Shown: in pieces, positions 1 through 8,400 of the stretch | Layout: the number at the start of each line of letters is the position of its first letter | Position numbering within the stretch: the stretch's first letter is position 1 | From: Bdellovibrionales bacterium | Lineage (GTDB): Bacteria > Patescibacteriota > JACMRA01 | Assembly (NCBI GenBank): GCA_044378055.1 | Contig: JBILXY010000005.1 | Location: forward strand, 4,525-68,524 | DNA length: 64,000 bases | Direction of reading: 5' to 3' | Notes under the pieces: generated by a model | The model's input: only the letters and a program-made list of their open reading frames with translations | The model's database searches: none | What the model was told of the DNA's origin: nothing | Made by a program: the position numbers and the translations under genes

Positions 1-1
1 G

Positions 2-523
2 AATTTAACTGTATCCACAGCTGCCAAGTTTGTTGGCTCTGCTCCATATGTTAACTTTAGATGGTTGGGAGGCAGTTTAACTAACTGGTCCACTATCAAA
101 AAGACTTTGAAAACCTTGGAAAAACTTGAAAACATTGAAAACAACAAAGAGTTCTTCCAAAAATTAAGTAGGAACGAAAGACTTTCAATTCAAAGAGAAA
201 GAACCAAAATTAGTAAATTCTTCAGCGGACTTGTTAACTTAAAAAATAACCGTCCAGGAGCCTTACTAGTTTTAGATGCTGCAAATCATAGTGTGCCAAT
301 TCTTGAAGCTCAGAAAATGGGAATTCCTGTAATTGCACTAACTAATACTGGTTGCAAGTTTCTACCTGAAAAGTTAGATACTACTATTGTAACTAATATT
401 TACTCTATTAAAGCAGTTGAATTAATTTTAGATAACTTGGTAGCTTCCTATAACGAAGGCTTCCAATCTGGAATTACTGCAGCCCTTGAAGAAGAAAAGA
501 AAGCAGAGAAAATTAAGAATTAA
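2..523 (+). CDS. rpsB: 30S ribosomal protein S2, C-terminal part (5' end outside the window)
   Basis: The frame is open from nt 2. The translation ...YVNFRWLGGSLTNW...GALLVLDAANHSVPILEAQKMGIPVIALTNT matches the conserved S2 core. The listed start at 65 is an internal TTG. Confidence 0.9.
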   Translation, partial: NLTVSTAAKFVGSAPYVNFRWLGGSLTNWSTIKKTLKTLEKLENIENNKEFFQKLSRNERLSIQRERTKISKFFSGLVNLKNNRPGALLVLDAANHSVPILEAQKMGIPVIALTNTGCKFLPEKLDTTIVTNIYSIKAVELILDNLVASYNEGFQSGITAALEEEKKAEKIKN

Positions 524-528
524 TTAAT

Positions 529-732
529 ATGGCCCAGAAGCAAAAAAATAAAATCTTACTTATCAGCACCGAAGTTGACCCTTCCACTGGCAGAAAAGTT
601 ACACATAGATATGTTGTAAACAAGTCTTTAGCCAAAGGAAAGCCAAACGGAGGCAAAGGAAAGTTAGAATTAAAAAAGTACAATCCTATTCTTAGGAAGC
701 ATGTTTTGTACACAGAAACCAAGTATAAATAA
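529..732 (+). CDS. rpmG: 50S ribosomal protein L33 (long form, no Cys zinc knuckle)
   Basis: The C-terminus KLELKKYNPILRKHVLYTETK matches the L33 signature (KLELxKYxPxxRKHxxxxExK). It lies between rpsB and rpmI. Confidence 0.8.
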   Translation: MAQKQKNKILLISTEVDPSTGRKVTHRYVVNKSLAKGKPNGGKGKLELKKYNPILRKHVLYTETKYK

Positions 733-733
733 T

Positions 734-946
734 ATGGCCGTTAAAAAAATGCGTAGCAAAACTCATAAGAGTGTTTCCAAAAGACTTAAAGTTACCAAAG
801 GTGGCGATTTGATTAATGGAAAAATTATTTTGAACAAAGCTGGTGATAATCACTACAATACAAGAAAATCAAGAAGTAGAACTATCAAAGCTAAACGAGA
901 CGTTGTAGCAGATAAAATACACAACAAGTTAAAAGCAGTAATATAA
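734..946 (+). CDS. rpmI: 50S ribosomal protein L35
   Basis: ATG at 734 gives MAVKKMRSKTHKSVSKRLKVTKGG..., the typical L35 N-terminus. It sits directly upstream of rplT. The listed start at 701 overlaps rpmG and is less likely. Confidence 0.85.
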   Translation: MAVKKMRSKTHKSVSKRLKVTKGGDLINGKIILNKAGDNHYNTRKSRSRTIKAKRDVVADKIHNKLKAVI

Positions 947-947
947 T

Positions 948-1301
948 ATGTCTAGAGTAAAAAAAGGGGTTGCAGCCCACAAACACAGAAAATATCTATT
1001 AGATAGGGCTAAGGGTTTTATTAATGGTGCTAATTCTAAATTCAGATTAGCTAAAGAAAGATTACTTAAAGCTGAATCTAATGCTTATCGTTCTAGGAAA
1101 TTAAGAAAGAGAGATTTCAGAAGTTTATGGATTACCAGAATTAATGGTGCCCTAGATCAAGTAGGAAGCGATGTTAATTATAGCACTTTTATTCACAAAT
1201 TGAACACTTCAGAAATTAATTTAAACCGCAAGGCAGTTTCTGAAATGGCTATTAAAGATATTGAAGCTTTCAAAGATTTACTTGCTAAAATTACTGCTTA
1301 A
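948..1301 (+). CDS. rplT: 50S ribosomal protein L20
   Basis: MSRVKKGVAAHKHRKYLLDRAKGF...RDFRSLWITRINGA is canonical L20. Confidence 0.95.
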   Translation: MSRVKKGVAAHKHRKYLLDRAKGFINGANSKFRLAKERLLKAESNAYRSRKLRKRDFRSLWITRINGALDQVGSDVNYSTFIHKLNTSEINLNRKAVSEMAIKDIEAFKDLLAKITA

Positions 1302-1308
1302 TTTATAA

Positions 1309-2121
1309 ATGGAATACAAACTTCCAAAAACAGAAAATGAAATATTGGCCCTTATTGGGCCCGTTTCTGTGCAAGAACATTTCGAATACCTAAAATTCCA
1401 CGCCAAAAGATATAAGTATCTGCTCGAGGTAATATCTAAAACGATAAACGAGGAAATTCCCCTCTGGAGGGGTGGCTCTGAAAGAGACGGGGTGGACAAA
1501 TTCGCCGATAGTAAGCTCGACGACGACATGTTGAAATATATCCCAATCAAAAACAAAATCCTAGACATAGGCACCGGCTTCGAAGTTCAATTATTCCGAG
1601 ATATTTTTAAAGTTTTAGTAGATACAGCAGGATTTTACCATTCTGGTTGGCCTGAAAAAGATGGAGAAACTTTTTACGAATTAGATTTAAATAAGTTGGA
1701 GAATTTGAGCGACAAAGTTCATCAGAAATATCCTTTAATTATAATGGCTGAGGTTATAGAGCATATCTACACTGCCCCAGAACTTGTATTACCAAAAATT
1801 AAAAATTGGCTTTTACCGGATGGTATTTTAGTTATTCAAACCCCAAATGCAGTTGCGCTTCCTAAAAGATTAAAAATGTTATTTGGAATTCATCCTTTTG
1901 AAAAAATTAGGCTTAATTCAGCCAATCCAGGGCATTTTCGTGAGTACACCCTAGAAGAACTTACGACCATTGTTGAAACCGTCGGATTCAAGGTTTTATT
2001 CGCATCAAGAAAAAACTACTTTTCCCCAAACAACAAATTCCTCCGTTTTTTGTATTCCTTAGAATTTTTATGGCCGAAAAGTTTAAGAACTGGGATAACT
2101 TTGGTGGTTAAAAAGCTGTAA
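1309..2121 (+). CDS. Class I SAM-dependent methyltransferase (Methyltransf_11/23-like)
   Basis: ILDIGTGFE resembles motif I. IIMAEVIEHIYTAPELVLPKIKNWLLPDGILVIQTPN is typical of the post-II/III region. Confidence 0.65.
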   Translation: MEYKLPKTENEILALIGPVSVQEHFEYLKFHAKRYKYLLEVISKTINEEIPLWRGGSERDGVDKFADSKLDDDMLKYIPIKNKILDIGTGFEVQLFRDIFKVLVDTAGFYHSGWPEKDGETFYELDLNKLENLSDKVHQKYPLIIMAEVIEHIYTAPELVLPKIKNWLLPDGILVIQTPNAVALPKRLKMLFGIHPFEKIRLNSANPGHFREYTLEELTTIVETVGFKVLFASRKNYFSPNNKFLRFLYSLEFLWPKSLRTGITLVVKKL

Positions 2122-2247
2122 TAATTTTTTATTTAAACTTTCGAAATTGATATTTTAGATAGATAGTTTTTAACATTTATTTAATTTGAACTAAACAATG
2201 AACACAACCTTGACAAACTGAGGCTTAAAAGACACTTTTAATTAGTA

Positions 2248-2322
2248 GGATTCGTAGCTCAGTGGTAGAGCAGGAGACTCTTAATCTCTTGGCCGTGGGT
2301 TCAAGTCCCACCGGATCCACCA
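2248..2322 (+). tRNA. tRNA-Lys (anticodon CUU), CCA encoded
   Basis: Hand-folded cloverleaf. Acceptor GGATTCG/CGGATCC, D arm GCTC-AGTGGTA-GAGC, anticodon arm GGAGA-CTCTTAA-TCTCT, T arm GTGGG-TTCAAGT-CCCAC, discriminator A plus CCA. Confidence 0.9.
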
Positions 2323-2418
2323 AACAAAAATTAAACCGAGCAAAGTCTCAATAATTTATAATATGATGCGGAGTGGCCTTAATAAGCTGGATATCTTAAC
2401 AATTAAAATTTTTTACCT

Positions 2419-3132
2419 ATGTCAGTTGAACTACATCGCCCACTTGTGTTGCACTATGAAACCGCAGCCGAAATGTATAAACAAGCTGAAGAAATGGCAG
2501 TTCGCCAAATTTTAGATATGACGGCTGAACTTGGGCTTGCCAGAGTTGCACTTGCCGGTGGCACTACCCCAATTCCAATGTATGAATTAATGGCATCAGA
2601 CCCAGTTTTTCCATGGCACGAAGTTGAAATTTATCAGACCGACGAACGCTATGTTCCAGCCAATTCTGATAGTTCAAATCAGTATAAAATTCGCCATGCT
2701 TTAGGCGAAGAAGCTATGCAATTGGTTCGCGGATTCAACACTTTCAATGTTAATTTAACCCCAGATTTATCAGCTAAAAACTATCATGAAGAATTAGACA
2801 CCTTAGACGGTAAAATGTTTGATTTAGTTGTTCTAGGTATAGGTGACGATGGCCACATTGCCTCCCTTTTCCCAGAAGGTGATTATTTAAAACACCAACC
2901 AAAACATACACTTGTAACCACCGCCCCAAGCAGCTTAGTTGGTGAACAAAGAATGAGTTTAACCATTGAAGCAATTTTGAACAGCGAAATGATTTTAGTT
3001 TTACTGAAAGGTTCAGATAAACGCGAAGTTGTTACTGAAATGCTTGAAGGAAGAAAGAAGGCTTTTGAATTTCCAGCCAAATTCTTGCTGGCTCACCCTA
3101 ACCTAAAAATTTTCCAGACATTCGAAGATTAG
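2419..3132 (+). CDS. pgl: 6-phosphogluconolactonase
   Basis: VALAGGTTP, YQTDERYVP and LGIGDDGHIASLFPE are hallmark motifs of the 6PGL / glucosamine-6-P isomerase family. Confidence 0.85.
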   Translation: MSVELHRPLVLHYETAAEMYKQAEEMAVRQILDMTAELGLARVALAGGTTPIPMYELMASDPVFPWHEVEIYQTDERYVPANSDSSNQYKIRHALGEEAMQLVRGFNTFNVNLTPDLSAKNYHEELDTLDGKMFDLVVLGIGDDGHIASLFPEGDYLKHQPKHTLVTTAPSSLVGEQRMSLTIEAILNSEMILVLLKGSDKREVVTEMLEGRKKAFEFPAKFLLAHPNLKIFQTFED

Positions 3133-3211
3133 TTTTTAAGTTGTAATAAGTTCTACTTTACAAAATTCTTTAACTAGCTAAATACTTAGGCTGGACTATA
3201 GGAGTAACACA

Positions 3212-3640
3212 ATGGGTTTGCCTACAATTGTAATTAAGTTAGGTAAAAATTTCGGAGCAACAAATGACTTTATAAACAGTCAAGAGTTCAAAAATAATTC
3301 GGATAAAATGCTTGTAGCTATAATATTTGAATTAGTTAGTAAACATGTAACTATAACCATTTATGATAATATCTTAATCGTTAATGATGATAGTGTTGCT
3401 AATACTATTAAAATTAAATTTTGCGATATTTCTTCTTTCAGTTTAGAAGATAAATCAGTGGATTTAGTTGTAGCCGGAAGTTATATTTACTCTGAAATAA
3501 ATGAAACATGGTTATTTATTAGCTCAGATTTTATTTGCAAAGAGGGCTTAATATTTCCTATTGAACTTGAAATGTATACTTCTGGGGTAAACATTATTAA
3601 GTACATTCTCCCCAACAATTTTTATCCTAATGGATTTTAA
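3212..3640 (+). CDS. Hypothetical protein (142 aa)
   Basis: ORF only. An AGGAG-like site (taggagtaacacaatg) lies upstream and a terminator hairpin follows. Confidence 0.4.
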   Translation: MGLPTIVIKLGKNFGATNDFINSQEFKNNSDKMLVAIIFELVSKHVTITIYDNILIVNDDSVANTIKIKFCDISSFSLEDKSVDLVVAGSYIYSEINETWLFISSDFICKEGLIFPIELEMYTSGVNIIKYILPNNFYPNGF

Positions 3641-3646
3641 AATATG

Positions 3647-3670
3647 CAGGTAACCAATCCTGTTTTTTTC
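3647..3670 (+). terminator. Putative intrinsic terminator, copy 1 of an identical 24-nt unit
   Basis: CAGGTAACCAATCCTGTTTTTTTC: a short CAGG/CCTG stem followed by T7. The same 24 nt recur at 4107-4130. Confidence 0.5.
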
Positions 3671-3743
3671 ATTTATGTTGACTTTGGGCTTCAATTCATT
3701 CTTACTATATTTAGTAATCTAATTATATTATTGTGAGGTTTTA

Positions 3744-4106
3744 ATGATATCAATTTTTCTTATTTCCGAAGATAAAGTTGTTATTAATAGATTTCAACAA
3801 GCCTGCAAAAAGGTAGTTGGATTTGAAATTATTTCGTTCACCGATATGAGCGGGCTGGATACGATTAGACATTTCTTATCAATTAAGAAAATTTACATTT
3901 TTGCGATACATACTGAAAAGTACCTAGATTTCGTTGATAATATTTGCAATAAAGGAGGTAGATTAAATACAGGTTTTGTTATAGTTTATTGGAAGACTAT
4001 TGAAGGCATTTATGCAAACTGTGAAAAAATTGATAAAATTGTGCCATGTCCATATTTATTAAAGCAAGTTGAATTGTTTTGTTACATATTTGAAGGATGT
4101 GAATAA
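3744..4106 (+). CDS. Hypothetical protein (120 aa), possibly a degenerate receiver-like fold
   Basis: ORF only. The N-terminus MISIFLISEDKVVINRF resembles the first strand and helix of CheY-like domains but lacks the acidic pocket. Confidence 0.4.
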   Translation: MISIFLISEDKVVINRFQQACKKVVGFEIISFTDMSGLDTIRHFLSIKKIYIFAIHTEKYLDFVDNICNKGGRLNTGFVIVYWKTIEGIYANCEKIDKIVPCPYLLKQVELFCYIFEGCE

Positions 4107-4130
4107 CAGGTAACCAATCCTGTTTTTTTC
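4107..4130 (+). terminator. Putative intrinsic terminator, copy 2 of the identical 24-nt unit
   Basis: CAGGTAACCAATCCTGTTTTTTTC immediately after the stop codon of the 3744-4106 ORF. Confidence 0.5.
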
Positions 4131-4166
4131 TTGACAAACATGCAGTAAAATAGCAATTTTAGGTAT

Positions 4167-6245
4167 ATGTCAGAAAACTATGGAGCCGATCAAATAACCG
4201 TGTTAGAAGGTTTAGAAGCTGTTCGAAAAAGACCAGGAATGTATATTGGAAATACTGGAAAAGATGGACTTCACCGCTGTATTGATGAAATTGTGGCCAA
4301 CTCTGTTGATGAATACATGGCTAAGCACGCCTCTAAAATTAAATTGGTTATCACTAAAAAACAAGGAATTTATGTAGCCGATGACGGTAGAGGTATTCCT
4401 ACGGATATTCACAGCAAAACTGGCAAATCTGCTTTAGAAACTATTTTAACTGTGCTTCACGCCGGTGGTAAATTCGATCAAAAGAACTATCGTTTCTCTG
4501 GTGGTTTGCACGGTGTTGGTGCTTCGGTTGTAAATGCTTTGGCTTCCACCATGAAAGTATGGGTTTTAAGGGATAAAATGGTTCATTTCATGGAATTTAG
4601 CCAAGGAAAAACAGTAACTGATATTACTTTAATGACCCAAGCTGAATTTGAAACAAAGTATCCGGAAGTTGCTGCCCACCAAGTTTGGGATGAAACTGGA
4701 ACAATTATTTTCTTCCAACCAGATAAAACAATTTTTGAAACCACAACCTTCGATATTAAAGAAATTTCAACCAACATTCGCCAAACTGCTTATCTTAACA
4801 AAGGTTTGCAATTAACCTTAGAAGATCAAACCATCGAACCTTACACAGTTGAAGTTTTCGATTTTCCAAATGGAATTTATACATACCTAGAACATTTAAC
4901 TGAAGGCGAGGCTTTAACCACCCCAATTGTAATGTTGGAAGGAGAATTAGAAGGTTTCCAGTTTGAAGCAGCCCTAGCCTATGGTGCCGATTATTCTGAA
5001 AAAATGTTTGCCTTCACCAACGGAATTATTAACCCAGAACACGGTGCCCATGTTACCGGTTTTAAAGGTGCGTTAACAAAATTGGTAAACACACATGCTA
5101 TCAATAAAAATGTTTTCAAAAAGGAAGAACGCTTTACCAGCGATGATTTAAAAGAAGGTTTGCGTGTTGTAATTTCCATCAAAATGGCCGATCCACAATT
5201 TACTTCACAATCTAAGGTAAAATTGGGTTCAACTATTGCCAGAACTTTGGTAGATAGAATTTTTACCGATAAATTTGGAACTTATTTAGAAGAAAACCCA
5301 AATATTGTAATGGCCATTATTCAAAAAGCTGGCCTAGCTATGCGTGCTAGAATGGCTGCCAAAGCTGCAAGAGAAAATGTTTTAAGAAAAGGTGTTTTGG
5401 AAAGCACTTCCTTACCAGGAAAGTTGGCAGATTGTTCAGATAAAGACCCAGCTAAATGCGAAATTTTTATAGTAGAGGGAGACTCGGCTGGAGGTTCAGC
5501 TAAACAAGGCAGAGACAGGCATATTCAAGCTATTTTGCCTTTGCGTGGTAAAGTTTTAAACACTGAAAAAGCTACTTTAGACAGAATTTTAAACTACGAA
5601 GGAATTAAAAACATGGTTATTGCTTTTGGTTGTGGAATTGGCGAAAAATTTGATGCAACCAAGCTTCGTTACCATAAAATTATCTTAATGGCCGATGCGG
5701 ATGTTGACGGTGCCCACATTACAACCCTGCTTTTAACTTTCCTTTACAGATATTTACCAACTTTAATTGAAGAAGGATATATTTACATGGCTCAACCTCC
5801 GCTTTATCGTGTTAGCTGGGGTAAACAAGTTGAATATGTGTTTTCTGACGTAGAAAAAGATGCTGTTGTAGCTAAAATTCAAGCAGTTGGAGGAAGACTT
5901 CCTAAAATTGAAGAGGCTTTAGAAGACGAAACTTTGAGCACAGAAAATGCTGAATCTGGATTAACCGCCAATTTAAACATTACAACAGATGAAAATGCAC
6001 CTGCTAAAGCTAAGAAAGGACCTAAGATTGAAATTCAAAGGTATAAAGGATTAGGAGAAATGAGTGCCCAACAATTATGGGAAACCACCATGGATCCTGA
6101 AACCAGACTTTTATGGCAAGTAACAGTTGGCGAAGCAGCCCTGGCAAACCAAGTATTCGAAGATTTAATGGGCAGCGATGTTGAACCAAGAAAGAAATTC
6201 ATTCAAGATAACGCCGTCTTCGTAGAAATTGATGATATAGGATAG
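4167..6245 (+). CDS. gyrB: DNA gyrase subunit B
   Basis: YGADQITVLEGLEAVRKRPGMYIG, GGLHGVGASVVNALS, EGDSAGGSAKQGRDR, PLRGKVLN, DADVDGAHI and QRYKGLGEM are all GyrB signatures. Confidence 0.97.
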   Translation: MSENYGADQITVLEGLEAVRKRPGMYIGNTGKDGLHRCIDEIVANSVDEYMAKHASKIKLVITKKQGIYVADDGRGIPTDIHSKTGKSALETILTVLHAGGKFDQKNYRFSGGLHGVGASVVNALASTMKVWVLRDKMVHFMEFSQGKTVTDITLMTQAEFETKYPEVAAHQVWDETGTIIFFQPDKTIFETTTFDIKEISTNIRQTAYLNKGLQLTLEDQTIEPYTVEVFDFPNGIYTYLEHLTEGEALTTPIVMLEGELEGFQFEAALAYGADYSEKMFAFTNGIINPEHGAHVTGFKGALTKLVNTHAINKNVFKKEERFTSDDLKEGLRVVISIKMADPQFTSQSKVKLGSTIARTLVDRIFTDKFGTYLEENPNIVMAIIQKAGLAMRARMAAKAARENVLRKGVLESTSLPGKLADCSDKDPAKCEIFIVEGDSAGGSAKQGRDRHIQAILPLRGKVLNTEKATLDRILNYEGIKNMVIAFGCGIGEKFDATKLRYHKIILMADADVDGAHITTLLLTFLYRYLPTLIEEGYIYMAQPPLYRVSWGKQVEYVFSDVEKDAVVAKIQAVGGRLPKIEEALEDETLSTENAESGLTANLNITTDENAPAKAKKGPKIEIQRYKGLGEMSAQQLWETTMDPETRLLWQVTVGEAALANQVFEDLMGSDVEPRKKFIQDNAVFVEIDDIG

Positions 6246-6268
6246 TAACCAAATTTGTTAAGAATATT

Positions 6269-6292
6269 GGAGGGTTTAGCCCTCCTTTTCTA
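6269..6292 (+). terminator. Intrinsic terminator after gyrB
   Basis: GGAGGG-TTTAG-CCCTCC followed by TTTTCTATT. Confidence 0.7.
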
Positions 6293-6409
6293 TTGGTACA
6301 AACTTGGAACACAACTTAATCTTGCCAAAGATAAACAAATTTGCTTAACTCAATTAGTACTTATTTTTAGTACAACAACCAGAAATAAAATTTAAGGAGT
6401 AAGAAATTA

Positions 6410-6625
6410 ATGATAGCTTGTGAAAGAAATCTTGAGTCATCACTGATAGAAGGATTAGATCCAACCGCTGAAATTGGATTCCTCACAGCTCAGTTTTCTA
6501 AGATAGTTGCTGGTTATAGTTTTATAAAAAAAGAAGAGTTACTGCCTATCCTTAATAAAATCTTTGTTGAGGAAGAACTAGCACTAGATAAAATTCAAGC
6601 AATTTGCAAAATCTATTATCCATAG
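6410..6625 (+). CDS. Hypothetical protein (71 aa)
   Basis: AAGGAG lies 8 nt upstream of the ATG and a strong terminator lies downstream. Confidence 0.4.
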   Translation: MIACERNLESSLIEGLDPTAEIGFLTAQFSKIVAGYSFIKKEELLPILNKIFVEEELALDKIQAICKIYYP

Positions 6626-6645
6626 AGCAATTTGCTTTCTATAAC

Positions 6646-6676
6646 AGTCCCGCATTCAAAAGGGACTTGTTTTTTT
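6646..6676 (+). terminator. Intrinsic terminator
   Basis: AGTCCC-GCATTCAAAA-GGGACT followed by TTGTTTTTTT. Confidence 0.75.
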
Positions 6677-6698
6677 GCCCAATTTCCAAATTGGTTTT

Positions 6699-7046
6699 TT
6701 ATTCAACTTCTTCAATACTAATACTAACTCCATTATTTTCAACATTATGGCTGTAAAAACCTACCATTCCGGCAATTTGTTTGAAAAGTGGGTTACTTAT
6801 TTCATCGTAAATCCAGCACATTTCCCTGGTCATTTTTTCGCCTTTTGCCGTAATTACATAAAAATAATCACAAGTTGATCTTTTAATTGGGCAGAAATAA
6901 GCTGCATCTTCCATTACGGTGTTATCAAAATCTACAAGCTCTGGTTTAAAATAATAATTTCCTTCAACATGAATTATATTTTCGCCTAAAACCCCAGTAG
7001 CTATTACATTTTTATTGTCTAAATTTGTGATTGAAATTTTGGTCAT
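6699..7046 (-). CDS. DUF427 domain protein
   Basis: VEGNYYFKPELVDFD...YFCPIKRSTCDYFYV...CWIYDE...IAGMVGFY follows the DUF427 pattern (EGNxYFP..., C-P-x-K-G, aWxY). The start is taken at the internal ATG (MTKISI). Confidence 0.65.
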   Translation of the reverse strand: MTKISITNLDNKNVIATGVLGENIIHVEGNYYFKPELVDFDNTVMEDAAYFCPIKRSTCDYFYVITAKGEKMTREMCWIYDEISNPLFKQIAGMVGFYSHNVENNGVSISIEEVE

Positions 7047-7263
7047 ATTCTTATAATTTATTAAAGTGATGATTTTAATTATTGTCACTAAAATTTACGG
7101 ATATTATGTTCTTCAGAGAAATCGACAGTTCACGACATATCGGCTTGAAAACATTTGATTTTAGTTTTATAGTTTTGGATCCTGAAATAAATTCAGGATA
7201 ACAGGTTCAACAAGTTCACGATGACAGTTTCAACAAATTTAGGTTGGCAAATTGCTATCGTTA

Positions 7264-7899
7264 CTAGGCTTTTTTTCCAGTCTTGTATCTCAATAAATAT
7301 ATCCAACTAACTGCTTGAATTATTAAAATAATAACGGTTGGTATGGCGTATTGAATTGTATTTGAAAGATTAAAATTTCCATCTAATATTTCTGTGTTAG
7401 AAGGCTGAAGTGCTGTGTGGAAAATTAACAAAACCATTATTGGATAAGATAAATAGTGTAATATTTGCCACCATTTTTTCATTCTTTTTTGGAAGAAATT
7501 GTTAGAAGTTATTGCTAGAGGGATTAGCATCAAAAATGCAACGAATCCCATAATTTGGAAAGTTGGCATGGATGCTGGAATACCGAATTTTACATAAGCA
7601 AAACCCCTGCTCCACAAATAATGAACTAAAACTAGCACGAACATTAAAATACCTAATTGTCTTCTGGCACTCATTAACACAATTTGCAGGCTTCTTAAAA
7701 TTCCTTTAACTTTAAACCGAATAAAAATTCCCGGTATAGCGATTATCCAGAATGTGTAAATAGCCAAACGGCCAAAAATAGCCCCTATGTTAACGAGATT
7801 GGTTGGCAAAAAAGCAAAACTGACAAGAAGGATTGTAAAAATTATGTAAATTAAAACTTTTAAAGCTGATTTTAAGTTTGCAGAATATTTAGATAACAT
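7264..7899 (-). CDS. MsrQ/YedZ-like ferric-reductase-type membrane protein
   Basis: 211 aa with about 6 TM segments. RRQLGILMFVLVLVHYLW and KKWWQILHYLSYPIMVLLIFH parallel the heme-ligand His regions of E. coli YedZ as recalled. Confidence 0.65.
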   Translation of the reverse strand: MLSKYSANLKSALKVLIYIIFTILLVSFAFLPTNLVNIGAIFGRLAIYTFWIIAIPGIFIRFKVKGILRSLQIVLMSARRQLGILMFVLVLVHYLWSRGFAYVKFGIPASMPTFQIMGFVAFLMLIPLAITSNNFFQKRMKKWWQILHYLSYPIMVLLIFHTALQPSNTEILDGNFNLSNTIQYAIPTVIILIIQAVSWIYLLRYKTGKKA

Positions 7900-8101
7900 A
7901 TTTCAATTTATACAGAAAGCATTAATAAGTCAATAAATAATTTAAAATAACTTCCAAATAAAACTATTCAATCAACTGCAAAAAAAGCTTAAATATACTA
8001 GTCTTTGAGTCTCAATTATAAGAGATATAAAAACAATCATTTGACGAGTGTTAAGAAAAATTGAAAAATTATTTACAGAGTTTCGCAGATGAGTAAAAAA
8101 A

Positions 8102-8296
8102 ATGAGCCAATCTAGATTAGATATTGCTTTAGCAAGTATCCGGAGTGGAGATACTGGAAGAAAAACTATTTCATTACTTGTACAAGCAGATACCGAGGTT
8201 GCAGTTCCACACTTGTTGCCTTACCTAAACCAAGCCCAAGCCTTGGTTAACAAAGAAAATGAGGAGATAAAAAATGCTGGAGAAGCATTAGTGTAA
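8102..8296 (+). CDS. Hypothetical protein (64 aa)
   Basis: ORF followed by a terminator hairpin. No recognisable motif. Confidence 0.3.
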   Translation: MSQSRLDIALASIRSGDTGRKTISLLVQADTEVAVPHLLPYLNQAQALVNKENEEIKNAGEALV

Positions 8297-8322
8297 ACTT
8301 AGCAATAAATTTATCAAACCAA

Positions 8323-8350
8323 CCCCCTGGAATACCGGGGTGATTTTTTT
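8323..8350 (+). terminator. Intrinsic terminator
   Basis: CCCC(T)GG-AATA-CCGGGG followed by TGATTTTTTTC. Confidence 0.6.
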
Positions 8351-8400
8351 CTTATCTAGACAATAAGTTGGTTTTATTTTTGTTTTGGTTAAATATTAGT

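Noticed and set aside
4131-4151. TTGACA upstream of gyrB, and TTGACA at 2210-2215 upstream of tRNA-Lys, considered as promoters
   Set aside because: No acceptable -10 hexamer lies at 16-19 nt spacing in either case. The spacings to TAAAAT and TTTAAT are 9 nt and 21 nt. Neither is called.
7120-7235. Repeated AGTTCACGA motifs (about 7128 and 7213) and an ATCCTGAA-ATAAA-TTCAGGAT hairpin, considered as parS-like sites or a terminator
   Set aside because: The motifs are not palindromic like parS (TGTTTCACGTGAAACA). The hairpin has no U-tract on either strand. The support is insufficient.
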